Shown: positions 45,530-55,420 of the stretch, one piece after another
Layout of the letters: each line of letters opens with the position of its first letter
How positions within the stretch are numbered: position 1 is the first letter of the stretch
Notes under the pieces: model-generated
Databases searched by the model: none
The model's input: only the letters and a program-made list of their open reading frames with translations
What the model was told of the DNA's origin: nothing
From: a virus
DNA length: 64,000 bases
IMG/VR virus record: IMGVR_UViG_3300036832_000827
Location: 4,916 to 68,915 of that record
Strand: one strand, 5' to 3'
Made by a program: the position numbers and the translations under genes

Positions 45530-48500
45530 TACATCGCTCCGGTGCGGCGCGTCTCGTAGACGTTCGTGCCGTCGCTCCAAAATTTCACAATAAAATATTT
45601 CCCGGTGACGGTGCCGGTATTAAGTACGCCCTGGTCTGTCTTAAATCCCGCGCCGAAGGTCAGCGCTCGCGACGTCGCTCCGGAGGTTAGGACCCTGAGC
45701 GTGATCTCCTGGCCTGCCGCCATATTCGTGATGCTGATGGTCTCATCTTCGCCCGGCGTGAGAGTGAAGTTGTTTGAAACTTTGGCATCGATCGCGGGCG
45801 TTGGTCCGGGCGTGACGACGATGCTGGCCGAATTGCTCAATCTTCCGCTCAAGCTCAGGCCGCAATTCATCGAGACAAGCTTGTTCGGGTCGGCCTGATT
45901 AGCAAGGATCTTCAGGTAGCCGGTCGCGGTCTCGCGATAGAAGTCGTAGTAAAAGTCGCCGAAGCCGGAGACGTCGGCGCGACCGAGCCTCAAAAGTATT
46001 TGATCGGTGTTCCTGGCGAGGATCTCGAACCACGGTTCGGTCGGCTGCCAGAACCACGCGGCCTGCGTCTGCACGTATCGCGCAGATTCCTGGACGGTGT
46101 TATGCGGAAAGGAAAAGCGATCGATGGCGTTGAGCTCGACGACGTGGCTTGAGGTCGCTCCGTTCGCATCGGAGATATTGTGTGCCCGCTGCTCCGTCTC
46201 CCGCCAGGCTCCGCTGATAAAGGCGTGGCTTCCGACCGTGCATCCGAAAAGAACGACCTGTGACCCTGAACCGCCCGTGCCGTCGCGGATGACCTTCGGG
46301 AAAAAGACACAGCCTACGGCGGTGAGCCGGCCGTAGCTTGTCATCACGACCCTGCCCTGGACCGCGCAGCTAATGAGGCTGAGATTTCCGTCGTAAGCGT
46401 TCGCGTAACGATGCTTGATCGTGTTCGTGAAACCCTCATCGGTAGTGTTGTACATACCGATAAGGCCGTATGGCCCGGTGATATCTATGACGGCTTCAGA
46501 CAGCGACACGCTGCCGTTCCCTGCGGTGTCGGTCGATGAAGTGGTCGACGGGGTGACGCCCGTGGCCGTTCCGGTCGCGATCGTAAAATTGAGCGTACCG
46601 TCGGGTGCCGCCGCGTCGATCGCCGCAAGATAGATATCGGCGCTTGAGTCGTCGCCTATGACATGAAAGAAAGATGCAACGTAGGGATCTTTTGCGAGAG
46701 CTTTCCTGAACTGCTGGGCGATCAGCGGGCCGGTATTATGTGCCGTGGTCACAGGAACGAGTACGGTGACCGGGCTGCCTATCATTCCGGCTGCGGTGAC
46801 GACGGACTGGGCGAGACCGGCGATGGTCACTGCACCGGCGACGGTTTGCTTTTCGACCTGGTTGGCACCGTAGCTTACGTTCGCTCCGGCGAATTCGTTC
46901 CCGCTCATCCTGAGCTGCCCACACCGTTCGACCATGACCGCCAGGCTTCCCACCGGCACATAAAAATCCGCATCGCATTCGATGTTCGTGTTGGCCGTGT
47001 TGATGTGAAGGCCGGCCCGGATGTTGAAGTTGAAGATGGTGGAGCGATCGAAAAAGATCTGCCGGATCTGCCAGTCGCTGATGCCGTGCAGGTAGACGCC
47101 GTCGTTGAAGGTGACAAACGTGCAATTCTGGACGTAGAGGCCGGAGAAGATCGCATCGGTCCCGGCTGTACCCTGGATCAGTATCCCGGTCGAGTTTGTC
47201 TGGTTATCGCCATTAAGCAACAGATCTCTAAGAGAGACCTCGCTCGTGCCCGGCAGGAGCTGGAACAATGGCGTCGACGCTGCCGTGAGTTTTATCTCGC
47301 TTGCGGAGCCGGCCGCACTTTTTCTCGATTGTCCTTCAAGCAGCGTGGCCGTCGGAATATTGTGATTGCCTGTCGTCAGCCAGGTGCCGCTCGGAAGATA
47401 GACGCGTCCGCCGCTGTTCGCAAGGCATGAGGCAAGGCAGTCGTTGAGGGCCTGCGTGATGCTCGCTCCCGATGTCGGGCCGGTCCACCAGGCTGTGTTG
47501 AATCGGGGCACGCTTGCCCGCCCCAGCCGGACGGCACCGGTCCCCGCAAAGATCTGGCGATTGCCGGGATCGAGGAGCGATGCGACCGTCAAGGTTTTGC
47601 CCGAGGCGATCGTGATGAGACCTTCGGGTCTCACGTCGAGCTGGATGTTGGCCGGCAGACTCCGATCGCTGCTCTCGGTGACGGGTGCCGATACGACAAG
47701 CCGCACGTTGTTGGCTCCGATGTCGGAGATGGCCTGCGCAAATGAGTTGGCATGGTCGAGAGCGAGCGTCTTTACTATTCGCGGGCTGTTCACACCCACG
47801 GCGATCGGGTTGTTCGGATCTGCCGGCGCAACGTCCGTCTTGATACGTCCGAGTGCCGCTGCGCTTGCAGGTGCGAAAAGCGGGGAGTTGCTTCCCACGA
47901 CGATCGGATTGGCCGGATCGACCGGAGCGACATCGAGCTTCGTGCGTCCAAGCGCCGACACGCTCGCGGGCCCGATAAGCGGCGAGTTGTTCCCGACTGC
48001 GATCGGGTGAGCGGGGTCGACCGGCGCGACGTCCGTCTGGACACGGCCCAGCGTTCCTACTCCGGCGAGTGCGGCGACAAGCGGCGAATTCGTGCCTACC
48101 GCTATCGGATCGCTCATCAGGGCCGGGTCGACGTCCAGCCTGACCGAACCCACCTGCATCGAGTTCGCCTTGAGCGTCGGATTTATCATGGACGCAAGCC
48201 GCTCCTCGATCATGTCCGTGCTCATGTAGGTCGGCGGGTTTCTGAGAGGAACGGACTTCGAATATTCGCTGATGGCATCCCACGTCGTCGGGTTCGGCAT
48301 CGGCAGGATGCGAAGGCGTGCGAGGATGTGGCCTATGAATTCGCCCTGGTCGTCATAGAGGTCGAGGTCGTATGTCGCGTCGGGCTGATCGGAGTCGGTT
48401 GTCGAGAATGCCGTTCCCGTCTCGATGCGGACCAAGTCGCCGTTCATCGAGGCGTCGAAGTCCTGATAGAAATCCGGGTTGCCGACGCTGCCGCCTTGAA

Positions 48501-48675
48501 CAAGCGTCTCGTCCGCTGCCTTGAACGATTTATTGGCGTAGAGCCTGGCCTGGGCCACGACCCGATCGCCGTGATATTCGGCGATGTCCTGGGCGGCGAT
48601 CCCGATACGCGAGCCGCCGACCGGCTCGATAGCGGCCGGCGTGATCCCTGACGACGATGGCGATCCTAGCGGCAT
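45529..48675 (-). CDS. Tailspike/receptor-binding protein with pectate-lyase-like beta-helix, 1048 aa
   Basis: GGRVYLPSGTW...LLEG...SLRDLLLNG beta-helix entry motif; four tandem LGR..TDVAP.DP..PIAVG.NSP repeats. Confidence 0.7.
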   Translation of the reverse strand: MPLGSPSSSGITPAAIEPVGGSRIGIAAQDIAEYHGDRVVAQARLYANKSFKAADETLVQGGSVGNPDFYQDFDASMNGDLVRIETGTAFSTTDSDQPDATYDLDLYDDQGEFIGHILARLRILPMPNPTTWDAISEYSKSVPLRNPPTYMSTDMIEERLASMINPTLKANSMQVGSVRLDVDPALMSDPIAVGTNSPLVAALAGVGTLGRVQTDVAPVDPAHPIAVGNNSPLIGPASVSALGRTKLDVAPVDPANPIVVGSNSPLFAPASAAALGRIKTDVAPADPNNPIAVGVNSPRIVKTLALDHANSFAQAISDIGANNVRLVVSAPVTESSDRSLPANIQLDVRPEGLITIASGKTLTVASLLDPGNRQIFAGTGAVRLGRASVPRFNTAWWTGPTSGASITQALNDCLASCLANSGGRVYLPSGTWLTTGNHNIPTATLLEGQSRKSAAGSASEIKLTAASTPLFQLLPGTSEVSLRDLLLNGDNQTNSTGILIQGTAGTDAIFSGLYVQNCTFVTFNDGVYLHGISDWQIRQIFFDRSTIFNFNIRAGLHINTANTNIECDADFYVPVGSLAVMVERCGQLRMSGNEFAGANVSYGANQVEKQTVAGAVTIAGLAQSVVTAAGMIGSPVTVLVPVTTAHNTGPLIAQQFRKALAKDPYVASFFHVIGDDSSADIYLAAIDAAAPDGTLNFTIATGTATGVTPSTTSSTDTAGNGSVSLSEAVIDITGPYGLIGMYNTTDEGFTNTIKHRYANAYDGNLSLISCAVQGRVVMTSYGRLTAVGCVFFPKVIRDGTGGSGSQVVLFGCTVGSHAFISGAWRETEQRAHNISDANGATSSHVVELNAIDRFSFPHNTVQESARYVQTQAAWFWQPTEPWFEILARNTDQILLRLGRADVSGFGDFYYDFYRETATGYLKILANQADPNKLVSMNCGLSLSGRLSNSASIVVTPGPTPAIDAKVSNNFTLTPGEDETISITNMAAGQEITLRVLTSGATSRALTFGAGFKTDQGVLNTGTVTGKYFIVKFWSDGTNVYETRRTGAM

Positions 48676-48998
48676 TATTTTTTCTTCTTGGCCTTCGCGG
48701 CTTCCTTCTCTTTCAGCACCTTCTGTACGTCCTTCAGGAACAACGTCACACCATCGTGATATTTCCCGAGCCGCTCTTTTTCACTCGCATAGTTGTTATC
48801 GAGCGCCGTTAGCTGCGCCTCGATCTGGTTCTGAGCGCTCTCGATCTGCGGGACCGTGAAGTTCCCCATGTCCTCCCACCCGTGCGCATCCGTATTGATG
48901 TCGTAGTTGTTCATCTTAAGGTTCGCGTTCTGGTCGTCGACCTTCGTGAGCTCCGTGTTGCCGTTCGCTTTCTTGGCTGGGTAATTTTGGTATTCCAT
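48675..48998 (-). CDS. Hypothetical protein, 107 aa
   Basis: TAATG coupling in the structural operon. Confidence 0.55.
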   Translation of the reverse strand: MEYQNYPAKKANGNTELTKVDDQNANLKMNNYDINTDAHGWEDMGNFTVPQIESAQNQIEAQLTALDNNYASEKERLGKYHDGVTLFLKDVQKVLKEKEAAKAKKKK

Positions 48999-49279
48999 TA
49001 GAAAAAAGATCCTCTGATCCAGAATTCGCCTTCTTCGGCGGCCTGGGCGGTCCCGCTAGATTCAAAACGATATTGCCAGGTGCCCTCCTCGTCGGCGTTG
49101 ACGACGGCCTGATACTGGCCTGTCCCCGTATGTGTCAATCCGCCCCCGGTAAGTACGTTCGTGTTGCCTGACGGGTCTTTAATGCGGCAGGTCACTGTTG
49201 ACGGGTCGACCTGTACGCCGTTGTCGTCCTTGAACACGGCCGAAATGATGACATCGTCCCCTTTGTCGAATGCGTTCAT
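48998..49279 (-). CDS. Small Ig-like/BppU-like virion protein, 93 aa
   Basis: GDDV.I...F....G..VDP...IKDPSG...TGQY......EGTW.YR. Confidence 0.55.
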   Translation of the reverse strand: MNAFDKGDDVIISAVFKDDNGVQVDPSTVTCRIKDPSGNTNVLTGGGLTHTGTGQYQAVVNADEEGTWQYRFESSGTAQAAEEGEFWIRGSFF

Positions 49280-50436
49280 AGAACAAATACTTTCGTCTCT
49301 ATCTGCGTACGAGAATTCACCTGCGTTTCTACCTGCGCTTTGTTGGCCGATGTCTCGACCGTGGCGCCGGTCGTGGCTGCTGTCGCGACGTCCGTCTCTG
49401 CCGAAAGCGAAAGTCCAACGGTCGGCGACGAAACCGTTACCTCGATATGTCCCGCAACCGGCGGCACGTTGGCGATGATATGGGCGCGGCCTGAAATGTT
49501 TCGAGCGGCCGACACCAAGATCCGAGCCTTCGCGTTGATCGTTCGCGTACTGTGACCCGCGATGTTCGCCTTCGCATTGATGGTCTGCGTCGTGACGATG
49601 TTGCCGGTCGAGATGTTCGCCTTGCCCGCGATGGTCTGAGCGACGGTCTTGGCAACTCGTCCGAGACCCGTGATCGTACGCAATGTCTGTATCGAGATGC
49701 GCGCCCTTCCGCTGATGTTCGGATTTGCGGTCGTCCGCAATCTCGCCATTCCGTTGATCGCCTGATTTGCGGTCGTCCGAACGCGCGCCATCCCGTTGAT
49801 CGCCTGAGTGGTCGTTGCTCTGATGTCCGCCTTTCCCTGAATGGCTTGGGTGGTGAAGCCGGTCACTGCAATTTTAGCGAGGCCGTTAATGACCTTGGCG
49901 GTGAGGATCTGGACACGCGCCATTCCGTTGATCGCCTGGTTGGCGGTCGTCCGCATTCGAGCCATCCCGTTGATCGTCTGCGTCGTTGTCGCTCTGATGT
50001 CCGCCTTGCCAAGTATCGTCTTGGCGCTCAGGATCTGGACGCGCGCCATGCCGTTGATGGTCTTAGCGGTCAGCAACGCGACCCGCGCCATCCCATTGAT
50101 CGTCTTGGCAGCCAACGTCATCACGCGAGCTATTCCGTTAATGACCTTGGCGGTGAAGATCTGGACACGCGCCATTCCGTTGATCGCCTGGTTGGCCGCT
50201 GCTGTCATCCGCGCCTTGCCAAAGATGTTCTGGCTGCTAAGGATCCGAACGCGCGCCATTCCGTTAATGGTCTGAGTGGTCGTTCCCCGGATGGCTGCCT
50301 TGCCAGGTATCGTCTTGGCGCTCAGGATCTGGACGCGCGCCATGCCGTTGATGTCCTGCGTTGTCGTGACGTTGAGCCGGAACGCGGGCGGGCGTCCGTA
50401 ATAGACCTTCGCTGTAGATCTTAAGAACCGTGCCAT
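49276..50436 (-). CDS. Repetitive virion protein with 16-aa TINGMARV repeats, 386 aa
   Basis: Many tandem x-INGMAR(V/M)-x units (48-nt period). Confidence 0.65.
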   Translation of the reverse strand: MARFLRSTAKVYYGRPPAFRLNVTTTQDINGMARVQILSAKTIPGKAAIRGTTTQTINGMARVRILSSQNIFGKARMTAAANQAINGMARVQIFTAKVINGIARVMTLAAKTINGMARVALLTAKTINGMARVQILSAKTILGKADIRATTTQTINGMARMRTTANQAINGMARVQILTAKVINGLAKIAVTGFTTQAIQGKADIRATTTQAINGMARVRTTANQAINGMARLRTTANPNISGRARISIQTLRTITGLGRVAKTVAQTIAGKANISTGNIVTTQTINAKANIAGHSTRTINAKARILVSAARNISGRAHIIANVPPVAGHIEVTVSSPTVGLSLSAETDVATAATTGATVETSANKAQVETQVNSRTQIETKVFVL

Positions 50437-50952
50437 TTATACCTCAACTATCATGTACGCATAGGCGTTGACGCCTGCGGCGAACGTGACGCGAATACGG
50501 GCGAATTTTCCGGCCTGTATCGTCGGTCTCTCACCTAATGGAAATTGTTCGAGAAATTGGTTTGTCGGAGCGACAAGCTGAGCTCCGGCCAGGTTCCGTA
50601 GTGCTGTGATCGCACCCTCGGCGCTGGCGTTGTAGCCGGTCTTTGATGTCGCACTGCAATCGAAGAGCGCCGTGGTCGGGTCGCCGCCAAGCAATGCCTC
50701 GTCGTCAAATTTCGTGATGTCGTTGGCGACCGACTGCGTGATCGTCGCTCCGACGTCGACCTCTATCAGTTCGATCTTGCCGGGCGTCGCGGCTGCCGAT
50801 CCGTCAAACGATACGCCCCATTCAACGATACGGGCGCAAACCGTCGCCCCCATGACCACCTGGAGCAAGGTCTTGATCGCGGCGCCGGTCGCTATCGCCA
50901 CGGGTGCTGCGGTCGTCTGACGCGGATAGCTTCCAATCAAATAACGTGGCAT
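50437..50952 (-). CDS. Virion-associated hypothetical protein, 171 aa
   Basis: ORF in the structural operon. Confidence 0.55.
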   Translation of the reverse strand: MPRYLIGSYPRQTTAAPVAIATGAAIKTLLQVVMGATVCARIVEWGVSFDGSAAATPGKIELIEVDVGATITQSVANDITKFDDEALLGGDPTTALFDCSATSKTGYNASAEGAITALRNLAGAQLVAPTNQFLEQFPLGERPTIQAGKFARIRVTFAAGVNAYAYMIVEV

Positions 50953-50964
50953 AAACTCAACTTC

Positions 50965-51369
50965 CTAGATCCTGATGTACCGTTGTATCGTTTCGCCCTT
51001 GTGGTCGGTCTCCCAGCCAAGGATGTAACCGAGATCGTAGCCCTCGCTCGAATCGCCGTTCGCACTGATGGTCTTGTGCACCTTCACGTCCCGAAAATAG
51101 ACAAGCCGAAAATCCCGGTAAGGTTCCGAATGCTGAAAGAACGGAATGTTGCCAACTTCGAAGTGGCCGTCTGTAAGATCCACGCCCATCGGGTGATAGC
51201 CCTCGGCCATCAGCACAAAACATCTCAGCGGCACCGTCTTTTGTTTTTGAAGCACGTCGTAATAGCAATTGCGTCCCTCGTGCGTCTCGGATACGTCCTC
51301 GGGGTTCTGGTATATCTGCGAGTCGTCCGCAAATGTCGCGACAAAAAATAAGTAGTTCGGGATCTCCAT
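50965..51369 (-). CDS. Hypothetical protein
   Basis: Likely start MEIPNY (TAATG coupling). Confidence 0.55.
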   Translation of the reverse strand: MEIPNYLFFVATFADDSQIYQNPEDVSETHEGRNCYYDVLQKQKTVPLRCFVLMAEGYHPMGVDLTDGHFEVGNIPFFQHSEPYRDFRLVYFRDVKVHKTISANGDSSEGYDLGYILGWETDHKGETIQRYIRI

Positions 51370-51611
51370 TATTTCTCTTCGAACCACGCCTCTAGTTCTG
51401 CTTTCTTCGCGTCGGCTTCTTCGGCCAGGACCGGCACTTCCCCGTTGTGCTTGTTGTGCTCTTTGAGCGCGGCCTTAAGATCCGCGTCGGGCGGAAATTT
51501 TATGAACTGGCGGTCCTTGCGCCAGCAAATGATCTCGCCGTTGTCGGCCGTCTGAACAAGACACTCGTGCATCTCGCCGTCGAACATCACCTGGACTGTT
51601 TTACTTGCCAT
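51369..51611 (-). CDS. Hypothetical protein, 80 aa
   Basis: Start MASKTV after AGGAGA. Confidence 0.55.
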   Translation of the reverse strand: MASKTVQVMFDGEMHECLVQTADNGEIICWRKDRQFIKFPPDADLKAALKEHNKHNGEVPVLAEEADAKKAELEAWFEEK

Positions 51612-51613
51612 CG

Positions 51614-52162
51614 TTAGTTCTCCTGATATTGCAGGGTCAAGGTGACCAGGGGCGTATCGCCCGACGCCGAACCGCTGGTCTGGAGCTGCATCGGCAGATA
51701 ATTCGTATAGCAAGGAATTGTCGACATGGAAGCAGCCTTGCCGGTGGCTTCCGGGCCGGTCGGTCCGAAACATACCGAGACGCCCGAGGCGATGGCGATG
51801 GCCGTGGTCATATTCACCGTCAGAAGCGCATTTGCCGTTGTCGACGGGGTCGTATAGGTCATCTTGTCGCCATCGCCCGTGCAGTTCGGCACCCCTTTGA
51901 GCGTCTGACCCGTGGACCAGGGGCCTACGGTATGGGCAAATTTCCCTGCGAGTACCTGGTTGACCAGGCCCGAGAGCTTTGCGAAAGCCCATATCTCAAA
52001 AGAGTTGTTTCCATCGGTGATCGGATTCAACGAATAGGTGGTCGTCGCATCGTCAATGTTCTTCCAGTTGTAATCGGAACGTCCGAGGGCCCTGGTCGTC
52101 CCCTTCGCCGGTGAGCCTGTTGCCGGGCCGTGATCCGATTCCCAATCGATCGTTGCCGCCAT
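51614..52162 (-). CDS. Virion-associated hypothetical protein, 182 aa
   Basis: AGGAGA RBS; beta-rich. Confidence 0.55.
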   Translation of the reverse strand: MAATIDWESDHGPATGSPAKGTTRALGRSDYNWKNIDDATTTYSLNPITDGNNSFEIWAFAKLSGLVNQVLAGKFAHTVGPWSTGQTLKGVPNCTGDGDKMTYTTPSTTANALLTVNMTTAIAIASGVSVCFGPTGPEATGKAASMSTIPCYTNYLPMQLQTSGSASGDTPLVTLTLQYQEN

Positions 52163-52172
52163 AACATTTCTC

Positions 52173-53957
52173 CTACCAATAAGCTGCTCTGTTTACCGCC
52201 TGCATCGCAACAATTCTTCGAGTGAAGATCGGGGCCGTCTTTGAGATCGAGGCTTCCGGCACGAGGCTGTAGCTGCCGATCGCGGCCCCGTTCCGATAGA
52301 CCTTGAAATCGAGTACGTCGCTGTTGTTAAGTCCCGCTTTTACAAATTTCACCGTGAACAAAAGCTCGGTGTAGTTACTGGCCGTGATCTGAACATCATT
52401 GACTTCGCCGTCCTCGCTGATCTTGCCCGCAACAAATGAGCCCGTTCCCGCGCTGAGCCGATTCGTGGTCGGGTTCCCATCGGTTAGACTGGCCGAATCG
52501 AACGGGATAACTGCTTCAGGTCCGGGCGTGATCGAGAAAACAAGGTTGTTCGAAGATGCCTGATTCGACCACGTGACGTTATTCCGAAAGACCTGGCTTC
52601 CGGCGTGGACTTTACCGACTGTGGAAACGTTGTTCGACTCGATGACAAGGAGGTCATTGGCGACCGTAGCCCCTGAGAACTCGAATGTGATCGCGTAGGC
52701 CGTCCCCGCTGTCAGTACGATCTGGTTGGCACCCGAGAATGTGAAGTTGACGTCGGCCAGGCTTGTCGTTAATGTGGCCGGGTTGAACGCGTCCGAGACG
52801 GCGAGCGGCGAACCTGTCGGCACTTCGCTTCCCGAACCAAAGGTGCCGCTGATGGCATAAATATTTGCAAAGACATTCGCCGTATAGGAACCGGCCGCGT
52901 TGGCCTTCGCTATTCGCGCAAGCGCTCCGGTGATGGTCTGGCCTGCCCCAATGATGGTCTGACCTACGCCGTTGTTCGCGGTCGCGAATCCGTACTGATT
53001 ACCACTGCCTGACAAAACCAGTTGCGAAAACATCGGTCTCACGATCAGAAAAGAGCCGCCGTTCCTGCTTACGCGCAACTGATAGTCATCGGTTGTTAGA
53101 CCTGGTATTCCGCCGCCTTCCTGAAGCCTGACGCGAAGTCCGAGTGAGGCGTCACCGCTGGTAAGGTCGAGAGCGATATTGCTATCCTGAGCGGCGGCTG
53201 GGGTCGAACCTAATTCCGTGCCGTCGGCATAAAAGCCAAATGAACTTTGGTCGAGGGCGGGAGGCGGATCGACCCAGGTTAGTAGTGCAATACCTTGAGC
53301 TCCATTGCCGCCAGCTCGGTCGGTATTGGTACTTGCCGCGCCGCCTGAGCCGGCGCCGCCATAGAGAAAGCCGGCAGTTCCTACTGACGCCGCTGCTCCT
53401 GTGCCGCCTGCTCCACCGCGTGTCGCAGTGCCGTCCTGCCAGTTGCCCGTGCCTCGGCTGCCTCCGGTAAGACCGGATGCGGCGCCGCCTGCGCTTGTAG
53501 GGCCAGCCGCTCCGCCCCCGCCGCCCGAACTCGTAGCTCCGGTCCCAGCCGCGCCGCTGCCGCCTAAAAATGTAGTGTCGCCAGCCGCCGTACCGATGTC
53601 GGTTGTCGCGGCGCCCCCTAACGTTGTCGTGACGTTTGCGATGGCGCTCGCTCCTGCCGTGGCCGTTGCGACGGTCGTGCCGCCTTGAACTACCGAGGAC
53701 ACTGCGGCGCTGGCACCGTTGGCGGTCGTGCCGCCGATACCGCCCGTGCCTACGTTGATCGTGAGTGAGGCTTCGGCTCCTTTAGTGATGGTTTTTTTCG
53801 AGTAGCCGCCGCCGCGACCGCCGCCGCCAAGCGCCGGGTTGCCTGTCGCTCCGCCGCCCGCGCCGCCGCCGCCAAGCAGTTCAACGATGACCGTCGTGAC
53901 ACCGGCTGGCCAATTCCAGGTGTTAGCCCCGGTCGTTGTGATCTGGAGACTGCCCAT
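52173..53957 (-). CDS. Glycine-rich tail-associated protein, 594 aa
   Basis: W..PAGVT.V.VEL.GGGG.GG glycine-rich domain. Confidence 0.65.
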   Translation of the reverse strand: MGSLQITTTGANTWNWPAGVTTVIVELLGGGGAGGGATGNPALGGGGRGGGYSKKTITKGAEASLTINVGTGGIGGTTANGASAAVSSVVQGGTTVATATAGASAIANVTTTLGGAATTDIGTAAGDTTFLGGSGAAGTGATSSGGGGGAAGPTSAGGAASGLTGGSRGTGNWQDGTATRGGAGGTGAAASVGTAGFLYGGAGSGGAASTNTDRAGGNGAQGIALLTWVDPPPALDQSSFGFYADGTELGSTPAAAQDSNIALDLTSGDASLGLRVRLQEGGGIPGLTTDDYQLRVSRNGGSFLIVRPMFSQLVLSGSGNQYGFATANNGVGQTIIGAGQTITGALARIAKANAAGSYTANVFANIYAISGTFGSGSEVPTGSPLAVSDAFNPATLTTSLADVNFTFSGANQIVLTAGTAYAITFEFSGATVANDLLVIESNNVSTVGKVHAGSQVFRNNVTWSNQASSNNLVFSITPGPEAVIPFDSASLTDGNPTTNRLSAGTGSFVAGKISEDGEVNDVQITASNYTELLFTVKFVKAGLNNSDVLDFKVYRNGAAIGSYSLVPEASISKTAPIFTRRIVAMQAVNRAAYW

Positions 53958-53965
53958 TTAGATCT

Positions 53966-54301
53966 TTATGCTCCCATCGCCATTATCTTGATACCGGCTA
54001 TCGATGCCGCCGTGAAGAGCCAGCACGTAGCAAGATCGAGCGACGACTGGTTTGCTCCGCGATCCGTGAAAAACGTAGTGCCCGCATTGCCTGTCGCTGT
54101 ACCGATCGGCCAGCCGTCCGTGCCTGTCCCCGGCGCCGTGATGCCGTTGTCGGTCGCGTGGATATATAAAAGGTTGGTCGCGTCCGGGTTGTATATCTTA
54201 AGGATGGAAACGATGCCTGACCCCTGATACCCTGCCGCCTTCATGGCCGTCAGTAGATTCACGAAGCCATTGACCGTTATCGGTTTTGTAAAATTTGCCA
54301 T
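53966..54301 (-). CDS. Hypothetical virion protein
   Basis: Start MANFTK after AAGGAGA. Confidence 0.55.
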   Translation of the reverse strand: MANFTKPITVNGFVNLLTAMKAAGYQGSGIVSILKIYNPDATNLLYIHATDNGITAPGTGTDGWPIGTATGNAGTTFFTDRGANQSSLDLATCWLFTAASIAGIKIMAMGA

Positions 54302-54314
54302 GATGTCGCTCTCC

Positions 54315-54884
54315 TTAAACGCCCAGAGCTTTAAGTCCTGTGCCTCCGCCCACGGCGCTAAGTCCGCCCATCGCAAGCCCAGCGATCTGCTTCCAAAGCG
54401 GCACCTGCTGCGGTCGATTGTAGTAGCTCGTGCCGTAGGCGTTTTGAAGTTGGCCGTACATGTTCTGACGGTTGATCTGTTCCTGCGCGCTTTCCTGGCC
54501 AAGTCCGAGGGCCTGTGCCTTTGCCGTTTGAAAAGCGTTGCTCAAACCAGCGGCGCGCGTGTTGTACATGTTCATCGCTTTCTGCTGCTGGAGTTGGTTG
54601 TTGAATCCGGGAAGATTTGCGGTAAAGGCGTGGGTCGGGTCGCCGACTCGCTGTTGCGCCGCGAGCGAAGCCGCATTGCCGTAGATGTCCCCTGAGACAT
54701 CCATCCCCGGCGCGGTCATAATGTCCTGCTTTTGCCCCGTTGGGTTTATCCACGGCTGCCAATTGGTGAGTGATTGGTTTCCGACCTGTTCCAGAAGTGT
54801 TGGGGTGTTTGTCCCAGCGATGGCAGCCTGGGTTCTGGTATCTGTCGGCTTATCCGCCATTACCTTGTTGCCGCCTGAGCCCAT
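54315..54884 (-). CDS. Probable small ejection (pilot) protein
   Basis: MGSGG start, Q/A/N-rich, C-terminal Gly-rich hydrophobic helix; first gene after leader RNA copy 2. Confidence 0.5.
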   Translation of the reverse strand: MGSGGNKVMADKPTDTRTQAAIAGTNTPTLLEQVGNQSLTNWQPWINPTGQKQDIMTAPGMDVSGDIYGNAASLAAQQRVGDPTHAFTANLPGFNNQLQQQKAMNMYNTRAAGLSNAFQTAKAQALGLGQESAQEQINRQNMYGQLQNAYGTSYYNRPQQVPLWKQIAGLAMGGLSAVGGGTGLKALGV

Positions 54885-54906
54885 GTCGCGTTTCTCCTTC
54901 GACTCC

Positions 54907-55007
54907 AAAAAGAAAAAGCCGTCCGCGAAATACGAGATGACGGCTGTCGAAATCATCTCTTATTCGAGAACGGCGAAAGTTTAGATCTGTGCCTAAACTA
55001 TGACCGA
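54907..55007 (-). promoter_or_regulatory. Late-operon leader RNA copy 2
   Basis: TCGGTCAT-AGTTTAG-GCACAGAT-CTAAACT, then GCCGTTC...GGACGGC-TTTTTCTTTTT; upstream TGGACA-16-GATAAT promoter near 55048-55075. Confidence 0.65.
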
Positions 55008-55078
55008 AAACAATCTTGTCAATTACTACTGACTGTCGCCTGCTAAATTATCACGGCTTGCGCGCCCTTGTCCATACA

Positions 55079-55420
55079 TCAATTAAAATCGCGGCGAAAA
55101 ACCTTTCCTTCGACGGGGCGCATCTGGAAGGCTTCGCACAAAGACTCGAATCTTTCAGAGCTGGCGATGGCGATGACGGCCACATCGCGCGGCATCCGTT
55201 CGAGCATCCACTGGAACATGGCACGACCCGAGTTCCCCGGCTTGTGAATTTGTCCGACGCGTATCAGTAGTTCCGTTACAAGGAATCCTTTTATCTCGCC
55301 TGTTTCGTCGTCGACGTCGGCGATGATCTGCGAGCTCTGGTGAGGGAGGATAGCGTCGAATTCTACCTTGAATATTTCTTCGAGCTCATGCCAGCGCTCT
55401 TTTGGCAGCATATCGATCAT
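55079..55420 (-). CDS. Hypothetical protein (possible GNAT-like tail assembly protein), 113 aa
   Basis: Size and position as in podovirus tail modules. Confidence 0.4.
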   Translation of the reverse strand: MIDMLPKERWHELEEIFKVEFDAILPHQSSQIIADVDDETGEIKGFLVTELLIRVGQIHKPGNSGRAMFQWMLERMPRDVAVIAIASSERFESLCEAFQMRPVEGKVFRRDFN

